64,000 nucleotides of DNA from Camelus dromedarius (lineage: Eukaryota). A model generated the notes under the pieces. It was not told the origin of the DNA. It ran no database searches and saw only the letters and a list, made by a program, of their open reading frames with translations. The first letter of the stretch is position 1. Each line of letters opens with the position of its first letter. Below are positions 13,646 to 26,529 of the stretch, piece by piece. Position numbers and translations under genes: made by a program. The DNA lies in assembly GCF_036321535.1 (NCBI RefSeq), contig NC_087436.1:109432001-109496000 (forward strand). The letters are read 5' to 3'.

Positions 13646-15274
13646 TGGAATTGCCTTGAAGCTCTAGAAAGGAGAAGTCAGGACAGAAACTGCAGATACA
13701 GAATCAATAGAATATAAAGGTGACTAAACATTTGTGAAAGTCAGGAAGAAGGAGTTTTTTTAGGATGGCTATCAGTTTTGTAGTTTATGATGTTATCTGT
13801 TCAATCACAGTAGATATCAATTGTGTTAGCAGCTCATAATTATTCCTTAAAGTAATGCTCTTGTACTGCCAAGGTATTTTCCTTCAATCTTTAAATTTGA
13901 TATCTACCCATTTTTCATAAGTATGGGAGCAGAGACTAGACTGTCAAATCCATATATAACGATTAAAGCTGAGAAACCGGTGAAATGCAACTGACAATTT
14001 AAAAACATTGCTGATCTAGTGATTCGTGCATAAACGTTATTTAAACAAACATCTTCAGCTTAGTGCTGTGTTCTCTGCTTGCTTTGAATTTCATGTTTCA
14101 ACAAGTCCCAGGCATTTTATTTCAAATCTGGAGAGGTCTTGCTCATTAAGGGAGAAGCAGAGATCCCACGTCTTTAGCCACCATCACCCTTCTCATCTTT
14201 TCAAGAAAGTATTGTAAGGAATTATTCGGGCTCATCTCCGTGCAGAAAATGAGATATTTGCAGCTCGTTGACTAAGAACACGTGATTCCAAACATGACAC
14301 ATAATTGAATTTAGCCTGAGTTTTATTATTTGTACGGAAAGTATTACTGCTACTTTATTACATTATCAATATGTGCACAAAGTGCTTATCGTAGTGCCTC
14401 ATGTCGAGTCAATTCTCAATAAATGCCTCAGTTTTTACTGTTTCTGGAGTCCTCCCTGACCGAGACACCATGTGTATTTCTCCTCTGCACAGCGATAGAA
14501 CTTTTGCTATATCATTTAGCATAAATTGCCCTGCACTGCTTTTGTGTGACTTTCCTTTGGAAAAGGTCCAAACCTAGGGCTCACCTGGGAATGGTTTCTA
14601 GTACAAGCGAGCTCTGAGGCAACCCTGCAGGCAGGAAAGGAAGTGGAGATATGATGCTGACAGCCAGCACTGGCTAACTGATAATCTTGCTGAGGACCAG
14701 TCTTGAACTCCACTGGTCACGGCCATTGGCGACACCCCAAAAAAATCAGTATGCTTTTTCTGCCCTCTCAGCACAGTACACTTTGGACCCGTTGGGCCCA
14801 AATGAAAGGCCTGATTTGAAATGTATGCTTTCTTATCCGTGGTGCAATAATCCACCGGTCAAATAAATTCCAGGAGTGATGTGGCACCCAGAATTTCTGA
14901 GTCCTGGTTTAAGAAAACTACTAATTAATAAACCTTCCTTTCACAGGATCCCCAGAGAAGGAGCATACGTGTTAGCTGCCTTGAGAACTAGAATAGCAGT
15001 CCAGTGGCACTTTCACACTGACACACGATGACTTCATTCTAACTTGCTTAGGCCCTTCTGTGCTGCCTTTACACTGGCATCATATGAAAACTCCAATTTT
15101 CAAATAACGTAACCTTGAACCACTCTGTTAGAGGTTCTGGAGCAACGTGCAATAAGGACTCTTCATTAACTGAAAAGTAAATGTAACAAAATCTATTTTA
15201 TTTCTGTAATAAATCCAGCCACTGAAACGTCCCTTAAAATGCAGGCAATAAAAGTAAATAAGCAATTATCTCAT

Positions 15275-15296
15275 ACACACACACACACACACACAC
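15275..15296. repeat. (CA)n microsatellite
   Basis: Seen directly. Confidence 0.95.
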
Positions 15297-16739
15297 TCTC
15301 TCATAAAATCCAAGACATCAGAGATGTTGATGGAGTCTAGATAAATTTTTCATTGTTTTCGGGGCTGAACTGATCTAATGAAAATTTCCAACAGAACTGA
15401 AATGGATGCTGTAACATTGTCTAGCTATCTTAACAAACGGAAGTAAAATTAGTTGACATTAATAAAAGTTCCAAAGTGAAATAAAAAGGAACATGATCTC
15501 AACTAAGCCGATGGCAGAAATAGGATTTTGTAAAAATCAATTTAGCACTAATTAAGGAGGGTGAATCTCTTGGTTTTAAATAGAATGCTCGCTGTTTATT
15601 CTTAAATTCTCTCCGATTCCAAACCCCAATCCCCAACCTACCCATAAATGAAACAAACTCCGAAGGATCTGGAAAAAATAGTGTTTTAATAAAGATACTT
15701 TAAATGATAAAAGGATGTAAATATATCCTGAAAGTGAAAACCGGAGTGCAGAGGGGAAAATCTGATTTTACAGAACTGCGTCGTAATATAAAACCAGATT
15801 TGTATACTTACAAATATAAGCTGTGCGCATTATTCCTCTGCCAGGAAACTACATTAGACACATCTGTATAAAATATATTTCCAATTTAACCAGTCTGGAA
15901 TGACCACATTCATTTTCTAGTTCACTGCAAGGGTAAGTAACATAATAAGCACAATGTATTCTCCAAATTTAATAATTTAACATGCTTGCTTAGTTAACTT
16001 ATTATTACCAATGTAAAACCGTGGGCTTTGTTTCTTTCTATATAAAATACCAAGCACATTGAAGACGCTTGCAAACCTAGAATTAAAAGTTTATCTTTTT
16101 GTGGAAACAAGAATCTTTTTTCTTTTTTTTGGTCATTAAAATCATTTTTATTTTAAATAGAGTTCCATATTTGATAGTTAATCATAAACATACAAACTTC
16201 TCTGAAAAATCAAAATACTCTTCTCCTAAATGGAATAAAATCAAGCTAAAGAAAGATCTAAAAATAAGTCTGTTACAATGTTTATACAGAGAGAAAATTA
16301 ACTTTAAAAGGAGCGTGCATGCAGTGTAATTAGAAAATAAGATATGGTTGATGGAACACAGACACTATGGAGTTACTTTTTACTTTTTATTGTGTATTTT
16401 TTAAATGCAGGAAATATATCCCACAGAGACGTACTGCGTCATTTCCAGAGGGGCTTTTTTTGGGCTACAGCTGAAAAACCAATATTTAAATATATGAAAT
16501 ATGCAATACAACATGAAAAGCAAATTAGTTGAAAACAGGTGTAATTTTCCCCTCCACATTCCCATTCTCAATTTTCAGTATTATATCAGATCTCAATGCA
16601 AAGGAGAGAAGCTCCTACACACTGAAATCCATCCATGTGAGTGAGGACAAAAATGGATATTATTCAAAGTTTTCTCCAAATTGTCTTATATTTCATACAT
16701 TTGCAAACTTGTTCTCTCTGACAAAAGATGTCAGATTCT

Positions 16740-16950
16740 CATGACTTCAATTTTTACCTCATTCAGGTCTTTGCTCAAATGCCACTTTACCCCCGAGACC
16801 TTGGATGTTTCTAGCTAAAGCTGCACCCAGAGCACCCATGGCCTGATTACCCTCTGCCCGTGTTTCTTTCTTTCCCTTTCTGCTTTACTTTTCTCCACTG
16901 TATATGCTATTTACTTACTAATTTACTAGTATATTGTCTCTCCCTGTGAG
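16740..16950 (+). mobile_element. L2 fragment
   Basis: cctcattcaggtctttgctcaaatgccac. Confidence 0.65.
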
Positions 16951-18469
16951 CTATAATTAGTGTTATAATTCATTGGTTCCAAAATTCAATGCACATTAGG
17001 AATGTGAATTTATTAAGCTTCTTGGCATTTAATTTTCAAGATAAACCTTGAAAATTACTTCTCTATGTTGGAAATCTAGAATTTTCACTCTTCAGCATAT
17101 TTATCTTAGTATAATTCATAATTTTTCTCTCTTTCCCTTCTGTAGTCCCTTTTCTCTTAATTTTCCACAGCCAAATCTAGAAGACCATGGTTCTTTCTTT
17201 ACATATAACCCAAAGGAACTATTATTTGTTACTGGAAATAAATTATGATTTGTTAAAATGTAAAATGATTTGTATATGCCCCCAAAGCAAGTGAATTACA
17301 GTGAATTTTGTAGCAGTGTTCTCATTTGCGGAACGTGTATATGTCTTCAAGTTATGATGGCCCCGTTCTTATCAAAGGGATTTTCAGATTACAATATTAT
17401 TTAGAATTTTTATCCCATATCTTCTTAATTTGAAAGCAAACCCTTCCGTAGTAATTCATCTAATTTTAATTCCTAAGCATATAGGAATGGCGATGACACT
17501 ATCTTGAGCCAGAGAGACATGAGAAAGTGATTGTTATTTTGAGGATTCCACAAAACCTTCATTTATGGTTTGCTCATCTAAGGAAACCAGGTGTCTTTTT
17601 CTGGGCGAGCGGGTCCCAGAAGGATAACTATCCTAAGAAAGGATATTGGAAGGTTGTTATAGACTTCATGGGCATTTATATCGGCCAATCATGACATGTA
17701 AATAGATTGATCCTATTTGCCATATCTAAGCTTTGTGCATATTTCACATTTGTAGGTGTTCAAATAAAACTGACAGTCTACAGCTCTTCATAAATGATCC
17801 GTAGTCATCCTTTCAGTGTTAAGAAAACAGCCACAGTCACGATTAACAAAGGAACAGCTTCAAGTGAATTTCAGGTTTACTAATTAGGACAACAGCCACT
17901 CACATGTGAAAATCTGTGACCCTTCTCTGTGTCTCATGCTGTTTGCTGAGATTCCCGTCAGGGTATTCTGTGTGTTTGATTTGGGAATCCATACCATAAC
18001 CTTTCACCCCAGTGATTACTGTTCAGACACTGGGGACTGCTGTCCTCTGGTTAGAAATCTCTGAGAAATTTAACTACCAGGCCAGGTTTTCTGCAAGCAA
18101 AATATTTTTAAGGAATGCTTTGAAATGAGTGGTGGCTTCAGGTTTTCCTGTGGGTCAGAAGAGAGCACAACCAATTCTTCATCAAATTTGAACCCCTGGC
18201 TGGAGTGAAGCATGGATGTATTGAACATTCTATAAATTTCAGTACCAAACTCACAGCATTGTGAAGATAAATGGAGTTCCAAACTTTGAAACCCTTAAAA
18301 TAGTTCCTGGAAAATAGAAACTGCTCGTTAAACGTTAGCTACTATCACTGCTATTCATATTAGCCATTGTTTCAAAAATTCAAGAGACAATAGAGCTTTT
18401 GTCCATTTTCTCATGTAAAGATTGAAAGAGCCGTTTCTGTCTTGGGAATACAAAACTCTCTTCCCGCTT

Positions 18470-18960
18470 TAAGATGCTGGGTATACAGGCGTGAATGAAA
18501 CAGACATGGTCTGTGCTCTTAGAAGATGCTCATGTCTCTGTGGGACGTAGATGCCCATACACATAGAATTGTGTAAAGCAGTAATATGTGCTCTGAAGGA
18601 GAAGTTAGGGGAACTACTAAGATGTTTCACAGCGGGACCCGGCCAAGACTGGAAGATTAAGGAAGACTCCTTGAATGAAGAGACATTGGAGATGTAGAGC
18701 GCAAGTGGGATATTACTATTTACATACAAGCCGGGAGTGGGGAGCATTCTGGGTAGAGACAGAGTGCTTGCATGTGAAGACTCTGACGTTGCTGGAGGAA
18801 CGGAAAGAAGACTCGTGTGGTTAGACCATAATCACTGGGCAAAAGAGGTCAAGACCAAGCCTGGAGAGGAAGGCTGGGGCTGAGCAGGCAAGGCCAAGTG
18901 GAGAATTTTAGATTTTGTCTTATGGACAATAGGAAGATATTAAAGAATTCCCAGTGAGAC
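18470..18960 (-). mobile_element. L2 fragment
   Basis: gatgctgggtatacaggcgtgaatgaaacagacatggtctgtgctctt...gaattttagattttgtc. Confidence 0.7.
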
Positions 18961-19234
18961 CTGTTAGGTGCTGGCTTGATAATCATAGCTCTCTGCCACG
19001 TGTGTTGCCAATGACGAGGTGTTAAAAGTAGCACCACTCTCACTGACCCTGAAAGGGGGGCTCATATTTAAACATTTTGTGGACCATGATTACAGAGACT
19101 CTGTGAAGGGCTAAACACAGGAATGCAGGCTTTATTTAAACAGTTATCCACAAAGCGTTAACCCATTTAAGATCTGGCAAATTTAATAAAGTGATTTACA
19201 TTTCATTGTCTAGATCAACAAGTATAAATGATTA

Positions 19235-19430
19235 AAAGAGGACCCAGACTGCTGGCTTTCAAATCCCATTTCTGCCATATATTCTTTGGGTGAACTTGTG
19301 TGAGATATTTTTTCATCAGTCTTCTCATCTATAAAATTAGGATAAAAATACTGCTTTAATAATTAAATAGGTTAATATATGCCAAGCAACTTGACAAATT
19401 CTTGGCCCATTTTATGCTCTTAAAAATGTT
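19235..19430 (+). mobile_element. MIR
   Basis: ttcaaatcccatttctgccat...cagtcttctcatctataaaattagg. Confidence 0.7.
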
Positions 19431-20379
19431 AAGAGAGACACAATCATGTTTTATGAAGTAAGGGGGGGGGGTTACTCAGTACTCTATCGAGTCTGTCAGA
19501 GCATAAGTAAAGGTGATTTTTAATTTATAGTAGGTTTGTGAGGCTAAAATGAGACTCTCTCCATATATATATAAGGTTTCTGGTATGGGCATTAGCTAAT
19601 AATGAACACTCAACAACTGTGAGAGCTTCAGGAAATCACAGAGGAGCCGATCTGAGGATGAGTGGGGGCTCTCTAGAGGGTCAAGAAATGAAAGAAGAGC
19701 CCAGTGTGTACATGAGTTGTTCTAGAAGTTTATGTCCTTGAACATTTTCTTCACATAGTTGTTTTAAGAGTGTTAATAAACAGAGTTCTGGGTGATGCGA
19801 CAGATAGAATGTGTGATTAGGACATCAGGAAAGGAGGGACATCAAAAAATGAGGTGGGAAGACATTTTTCTGGAAGGAATTGGATATTAAAAGAATAAAC
19901 AACTGCAATGAAGTAGTCCATGTGAAAAAAAAAACAAGACCATCGCTAGTCTTAACGTTTATATTACCAATAACTATGCCTGTATCTCTGTTTTCCTCTG
20001 TATAGATATTTTATTTTGTTCTAAATTTCCCGTTCAAAACACCATAATCTTCTCAGTGTCTAAGGGTCTCTAAAGATTGTAATCTGAGCCTGGAGGCACA
20101 ACGCACACAGACGGAGCATAGGGCATCTGGCCGATGTCGAGGGATGCAAAGGGAACCCAAACCCGGTAGTGTGGTTGTGTTTGCTTCGGGATGATTCACT
20201 GTCATGGAAATTTGTAAGGAGAATCTTCAGGGCACATTTACAAACTGGATGTCTGCCAACCACATTCATTCATTCATTCATAAATGTTAAATATTGATTA
20301 AGTACTTTCTGTTTCAGTCAGGAAAGCAAAAATGACACTGGCTAAGAGAAGATTTTGTAGAGAGATTTGGGTTGGGAGA

Positions 20380-20835
20380 TCGAAGGAAAGAGACTTGAGT
20401 TGTTCAAAGCAAAAAGTTCGGAGGGCTGCCCCATGGATGGGGACCAAGACTTCTGAGAAGAGGTGCTGCTGGGCGGGGATGCAGCCTCAGGAGCTGGGCC
20501 CACTCTCAGAGGGGCCGGCCTTCCTCTGTGCAAGGCTGCTGCTTGGCAGGTGCTGGTGTCTCCAATGAGGTTCTAGGAAGCTGGCTGTAAGACTGTGGGA
20601 AAAAGCTGGAAACCAGAATGAAGTGCCACCAACAGAGCAGCAGGAAGGCAGGAAGGAGCAAGTCTGCTCTCCATCTTTCTTTCTTCCAGTATCTCTCAAG
20701 GGCTCCTGATTAGCAACACCTAACAGGAATTCAGTTGACAACAGAGAAGTATATTTGTCAAGTTCCAGTCTCACAGAGCAGATTTTAGAAGGGTGGGTTT
20801 GGAGCTGAGGGAAAAAAAAAGCGAAATATCCAGCA
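20380..20835 (-). mobile_element. ERVL-class LTR (LTR33/LTR41-like)
   Basis: ctcctgattagcaacacctaacaggaa...cacagagcagattttagaagggtgggtttggagctgag. Confidence 0.65.
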
Positions 20836-20849
20836 GGCCCACTACATGC

Positions 20850-20951
20850 CACAAATCATGCTGACCATACAGCAGTGAGTGAAAGTCTACTTTCATAGAG
20901 TATATATTCCAGGAACAATAATAAAGTAGAAAATATGTATATATTAAAAAT

Positions 20952-20988
<37 letters not shown>

Positions 20989-21380
20989 GTGTAATTCGAG
21001 GTAGTCATACATTCTGGAAGGAAATAAAACCAAGAAGGAGCTAGAGAGTGACTAGTAGGGGTAGGGAAGGAAATCTGTATTAGAAAGGTGGTCTGAGGGA
21101 AGAACAAGTGAACAGAGTTCACAAAGGTGAGGCTCTCCGTGAAGAGCTGATGTAATCGCATTTCCGGCAGAAGGAATAGCAAATGTTAAGACCCTGAGTC
21201 AGAAAGTATCTTGGCACAGAGAAGATGAGTTTGGAAATGTAGACATGAGACAGATCACATGGGCCATGAAATCAGATTTAACTATTCCAGGTGAAATGGG
21301 AAGACATTGGAGAATTTTAAGAAATCTGATTTGTCTGCTATGTGGAGAATGGACTGTAGACAGACAAGACAGGCTGGAAA
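20850..21380 (-). mobile_element. L2 containing a (TA)n(CA)n microsatellite at about 20952-20988
   Basis: gaaaggtggtctgagggaag...cattggagaattttaag...tgtggagaatggactgtag. Confidence 0.7.
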
Positions 21381-21449
21381 TGCTCACAGATGTGTTCTAT
21401 TTGTCTTGCACTGAGTTAAAAAGTGAAGCAACATTAAAACATGGGTAAA

Positions 21450-21670
21450 TTTCTAATAAAAATCAAATTTCTGGTTTCCGTTGGACTCTGAAGATCTGGC
21501 ATTCCTGGGCTCCCAACATGGCAGCCATGTGTTGAGGCTGAGTGGCCACTGCCTGCCTAGAAGGGGTGGTTTACCACCACCACTCACCTCTCCTCTTATC
21601 CCTGACGAGTATATTTTTTTCACTAATATTAGTTCCCAGACCCCATAGGTGTTTGAGTTTGTGACTTCTG
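21450..21670 (+). mobile_element. hAT-Charlie MITE (MER102-like)
   Basis: gaagatctggcattcctgggctccc...gtgtttgagtttgtgacttctg. Confidence 0.55.
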
Positions 21671-23489
21671 ATCTTGTTTCTTGCTCCCAAGTAAACATTT
21701 TCCATCTCCCCCTCCCCTATTTATAGTAATTTATTTTCCTTCAGCCCTCAGCAGCACAGAATGACATAAAACATAACTCTTGATTCAGGACGTGCTCTCA
21801 CCAGTGGCCCAGGTGTGGGCTACTCCGACCTAGACTAGGGAGGGCAGGAGCAGGAGCAGAATTCCAAGTCCTTTCCTTTTTCATTCTTCACATCTAGCCT
21901 GTTGCCTTGTGCCCCAGACCGCAGGGTAGCTCCTCTCCCCTCACCAATTCCCAACAGCCACTAAGTGCTCAGGGTGTCCTCTCAGTCTTCTGTTTTTCAG
22001 TCCAGGTTGTTCTTAGAGAGAAAACTAGCAGTCATGAAGGTCAGGAACTGGAAACAGAAACTTACAACACACTGTATTTCTCCAAGCATAAAGTCAGCAT
22101 CCCACACCAGCTGTTTTAACATACGATCAAAGGGCATACATAACTTTTTGTTTTCTTTCAAAAAAAGACTTTTTTAAGAGAACTTTTTCTTTAGGGGACC
22201 TGTTTGCTGTTTAGGCATTTTCCAGCACAGATATTTCAATCTACATAAAACTTTGCTTGTATTTCAGCTTTTACTCACTGATTGAAGAGTAAACACAATT
22301 AGAAAGGTCCTGAAATTTTAACAGTAATGTCCATGTCTTTGACATTATGATTTAAGCCATGTATTCTTTTGTTCATTCAAGCATCATATACTTCTTCTCA
22401 ATTTTATAATTCTCTATAAATTAATTATTTGTAAGGTATCAAGTCCTATCCACATTGGAAACGTGAAGGACAGCATAATTTAATAAAAGCAATTCACGAC
22501 AATGTAAAAAAGACTGTGAACTCCTCATCATGATCAATGTACTTTTTGAATGACATAACATGGTTGTGTACATGAAAAAACTACGTAGCAAGTAAAGGAT
22601 ACACTTCCATCCTCAACTTTTGAGTACTATTTTTCGTTTATTTTCAAAGTATCTGAGGAAATTTATACTCTCCCTTTCTAACAAATACTTTCTCCAGATA
22701 GATTTTTGAGAGGAAGTGGAATTTATTTTAAGCATTTTCTGTATAGATTTATGTTTGATTTATTATTCAGTCCCATTCCATCACTAAGTAGAGCTCCAAA
22801 AAGAATAATGCAGGTGACCAGGTTTGTTATGAACAGTTTATCACCTTGCTGTTTATTTATAAAGCAAGGACTATAACATGGAAAGTCAGAAATCAAAGCT
22901 GTCCTGTTCCAAAAATAAAAATCTAAAACTATGGCAAGCACTAAATTCAAGTAATATCGCATTTTTTTGAATTCTTTTATAGTTTGAAATGGAAAACAAG
23001 GAAAATGTAAGCTTCTTTAGGAGAGGGATTACTTCTTTTTCACTTGAATCTCCAAAGCCTGGTACGATAAATAGAAGATATTCAACAAGTATTATTTTGA
23101 ATAAATATTGAGTACAACTGTGTTTGAATGTTGTTGTAAGTTACTGTATTATAAACACTATAGAATGGAAATAGGTCAGTGCTAAATCTCAGTGACGAGT
23201 AAATTCAACACTGGCTTCAACAAAACTTGGGAATAGTTTATTGAATCAGGTTATTAAGTATTAAAGTTATTTAGCTTAATGGAAGTTCATGTACAAAACA
23301 CATACAAAAAAATAAACCAAGGTCTAGGGCATTGTTTCTCCAAAAGTAGTTTTAGACAATTTCTATTCCCAGTTTTACGTTCAGTTCTGGTTAATTAGGA
23401 GAAGGTGTTCTAGAAAGAGGGTAGGCAGGAGAATAAAGGGACCTTGAATCCAGCCAGATGAAGAATGTTTGAAAGTGCTGATGTTTGAA

Positions 23490-23681
23490 TGTTTGAAAGT
23501 CAACGTGTGACCCTGGACCTGGACCAGCAGCATCATCAACACTGGGCAACCGGTTGGGGATGCACATTCTCGGGCCCCACCCCAGACACACTCAATCGCA
23601 GCTCCTAAGGTAGGACCTGCAATGGGCGGTTTAAAAAGTCTCCCATGTGATTCTGACATACACTAAATTTGAGAACCTCTG
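23490..23681. mobile_element. MER5A hAT MITE
   Basis: ggaccagcagcatc...gatgcacattctcgggccccacccag...gtgattctgacatacactaaatttgagaacctctg. Confidence 0.85.
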
Positions 23682-24391
23682 GCTTAAGGAATTGATTATA
23701 CCAAGGGAAAAAAAATTTAGGCAAGGGGAGGTAACAACAGAGGAACAATCCTGTTGTAAGGGGACTAGACTAATTCTGAGTATTTCCTGAGGGAATCATA
23801 AGCCACAATGATTGGCGGTAACCGGCAGATTTTAACTCATGATTTGGGAAATCTTCATTGAATTCCATTTGTGCACAAGGCTCTCTACTGAGTCTTAGAA
23901 AGTTAAACAAACAAACAAAAACTTAGGGAAGGTATGTTTCTGCCCTAATGGAGCTCACTGTCTTTTGTGAGAGAGAAATAAGCATTTATCCAAGATGTGA
24001 TGGGAAAATTGGGGAGAGATTTCTCTGTCAGATCAACGGGGCAGCTGGCACTTGGGCTGAGCTCTTGCAAGTCTGGCTGGTGTTAACTAGAGTCAAAATG
24101 GGATTTAGTAGAATTAGAGCTACTCAAAGATAAAAGAGACTGAGAGAGAAGAAAGAAAGAGACAGAGAGAGGAGAGAAAGAAAGACAACAGCCTCAGTGG
24201 TTTCAAATCGACTTGTCACATGAAGTATCAGAAACCTCTGCTTGGTCTGTTGAAGAAGAAATTCTTGCTCTCCGTTGAGAAATGTACTCAACGCCAATAG
24301 GTCATTTCTAAAATTCAGGTTCTCTGTTCCTATTAGCCTTAAGCAAGAAAATAAGGCACACTAACATTTATCTTTGGGACCTCTTCTTTTA

Positions 24392-24417
24392 TTTTTTTTT
24401 TAATTTTTTTTTTTGGC
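24392..24417 (-). mobile_element. Solo poly(A) retro-insertion with a 13-bp TSD
   Basis: acctcttctttta at both 24379-24391 and 24418-24430 flanking a T-tract. Confidence 0.65.
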
Positions 24418-24444
24418 ACCTCTTCTTTTAAATGAAGTCTTTTT

Positions 24445-24689
24445 TTTTCTTTTTGTAACTATGTGTCTAAAGAGTTTTCTACATATTTTAGTACAAGTCT
24501 TTTGTAAGATATGTAATTTATAGATTTTTTCCCCAGTCTGTGGATTGTGATGGTGTCCTTTTTATTTTTAAATTTTTTCCTCAATACTAATTAATACGTT
24601 ACTTATTTATTTTTTATTTTAATACATATTTTTATTAAAGAATAATCAGTTTACTATGTTTTATCAATTTCTGATGTACAGCAAAATGC
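24445..24689 (-). mobile_element. Very short L1 3' end plus extra, possibly transduced, sequence
   Basis: Reverse complement of 24625-24690 matches the 3' end of the L1 at about 11270-11330; 16/17 direct repeat at 24428-24444 and 24690-24706. Confidence 0.6.
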
Positions 24690-25477
24690 TTAAATGAAGT
24701 ATTTTTCCACTTCAGTCATAGTCCACCTGCCTCAGTTTTGCCCTCCTCCTGCCCACCTTCCCCACCACCACGCCTCTCATTGACTCAGTAGTTCTCATCC
24801 CAGCTTCCACCACTGGCTGCCATTCCCAGTACTGATGGTTGATGTCATGGTGGAACAGGATGTCTAACTCCATCCCACTCTGATAGTGTCACTTAGCAGA
24901 GACTCTTCGACAAGGAAAGTTTCTCAGTCTAAAAGTCTTGCATTTTACTGGAAATACGTGGAGCAGTTAGGCCAAGTCTGTGCTGGAGGATTTTAGGCAA
25001 CATTTGTTACTGGAGCGTTCCTCAACCAATCAGCCTTCCTTCTATCTAGCTTACTATTATTGTAAAAAAGAAAGTACAATTCAGGAGTCCTAGAATTTAT
25101 TAGGAATTGAATAAAAAGTGACCAGATCTTTAGTCACTCTTCACCCTGTGGTGTGGACACCAAGGACACCGATCTGTAACATGATTCTATGTGGACAGAC
25201 AGGTGCAGAGACATGTTAAAACTTGGATAAAAAGTTTGATGACTCACTGACATTACCTTTTTTTTCTCTCTTTTTTTCCCTGATCCAAACATAGCAGTCA
25301 ATTTAAAATTGATTTAAGAATTCTAAGTAGCCATCTTTGTGCAGTGGGGCCGCGACAGTTGTATGTGCCTGAGAAACAGAAATGAACCATAATCAGCCTA
25401 CTTCCTGTTTAATCCCTGCTTAGGTGCCAGAACCCAGAACTCTCTCTCTTTTTTTTTTTTCTAAAATAGTCCTTGAC

Positions 25478-25479
<2 letters not shown>

Positions 25480-25511
<32 letters not shown>
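25480..25511. repeat. (CA)n microsatellite
   Basis: Seen directly. Confidence 0.95.
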
Positions 25512-25513
<2 letters not shown>

Positions 25514-25859
25514 TTGAAGTCCTTTTTTTTGAGGAACAGGACTCTTACTCTCTCCCCTCTGTTCTGCTTGCTAGTTGTTCTGCTCACTAGCGTCTGTAAA
25601 TGACATGTTGAATTCTCAGCTCTCATTCAGCCTTCACAATGTTGTGTCTGCTCTTGTTCTGATCTGTCCTAGAATGGCGGTTCAATCTTCCATAGCGGGC
25701 TTTGGAACTAGGGTGATATTTGGTGTGAAAATACATTTAAAAGTCTGGAGAGATGTTTACAGAGACGTTAGGCTGCACAAAAACCGGATCTCAAGAGTGT
25801 TCCAGTGATTACATAAGGCCCTTGAAGTGAGTCCTGGACTTTTCCAATCCCGGAATCTA

Positions 25860-25975
25860 CATAGTACACGGAATGAAAGCTGAGAATTCAAATCCATGTT
25901 CAGGAAATTCTTTTGCCACGTACTGTGTCCCCTGGGCAAGCTACCCAATCTTTCTAAGACTCAGTTTCCATTTCC
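25860..25975 (+). mobile_element. MIR fragment
   Basis: ttgccacgtactgtgtcccctgggcaagctacccaatctttctaagactcagtttcc. Confidence 0.7.
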
Positions 25976-26508
25976 ACTTTCAGCTTTATCACTTACATTC
26001 AGAATCCTTAAAGAAATCATGCTACTTTAATCATATCAGGAAAAATAAGTTTTCAGTTTAATCATTTGAGTATTTATAATCCTTTGAGGTGTAAGGCTAT
26101 GTGAAGAAATCATTAAATTTCTTGGGCAAACATAATGTAACATGGTTCATAGTTAACTTGTTAAAATCTTGGGAAAAAACTACTCTTGAGGAGAGCAGTA
26201 TCTCAAGGGGTACGTATTAAAGAAATGAGCCCAGGATCCCAGATCTCCTCAGTATAAACTGTAATCAGTAAGAAAAAGTTGTATAATTTGATCCTTCCCT
26301 AAACTATTTTAAGTTATAACCAGTAGAGCCATGAAGACTGCTTGATGAGTTTCTTGCTTCTTTAATAACATAGAGCCATCCTTCAAGACTTCTTTCAACA
26401 GTCAGATCAAATTGCGTGCTGTTTCACATACCTATCCTATCACTTGGCTCCGTACAAAACCAATTTTAAGAAATAAACTTGTTGACAGGCACTCACAAAT
26501 TCATGTAT

Positions 26509-26529
26509 ACACACACACACACACACACA
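26509..26529. repeat. (CA)n microsatellite
   Basis: Seen directly. Confidence 0.9.

Noticed and set aside
15400..16560. Possible 3'UTR or terminal exon
   Set aside because: AT-rich with AATAAA words but no linked coding exon or convincing splice structure.
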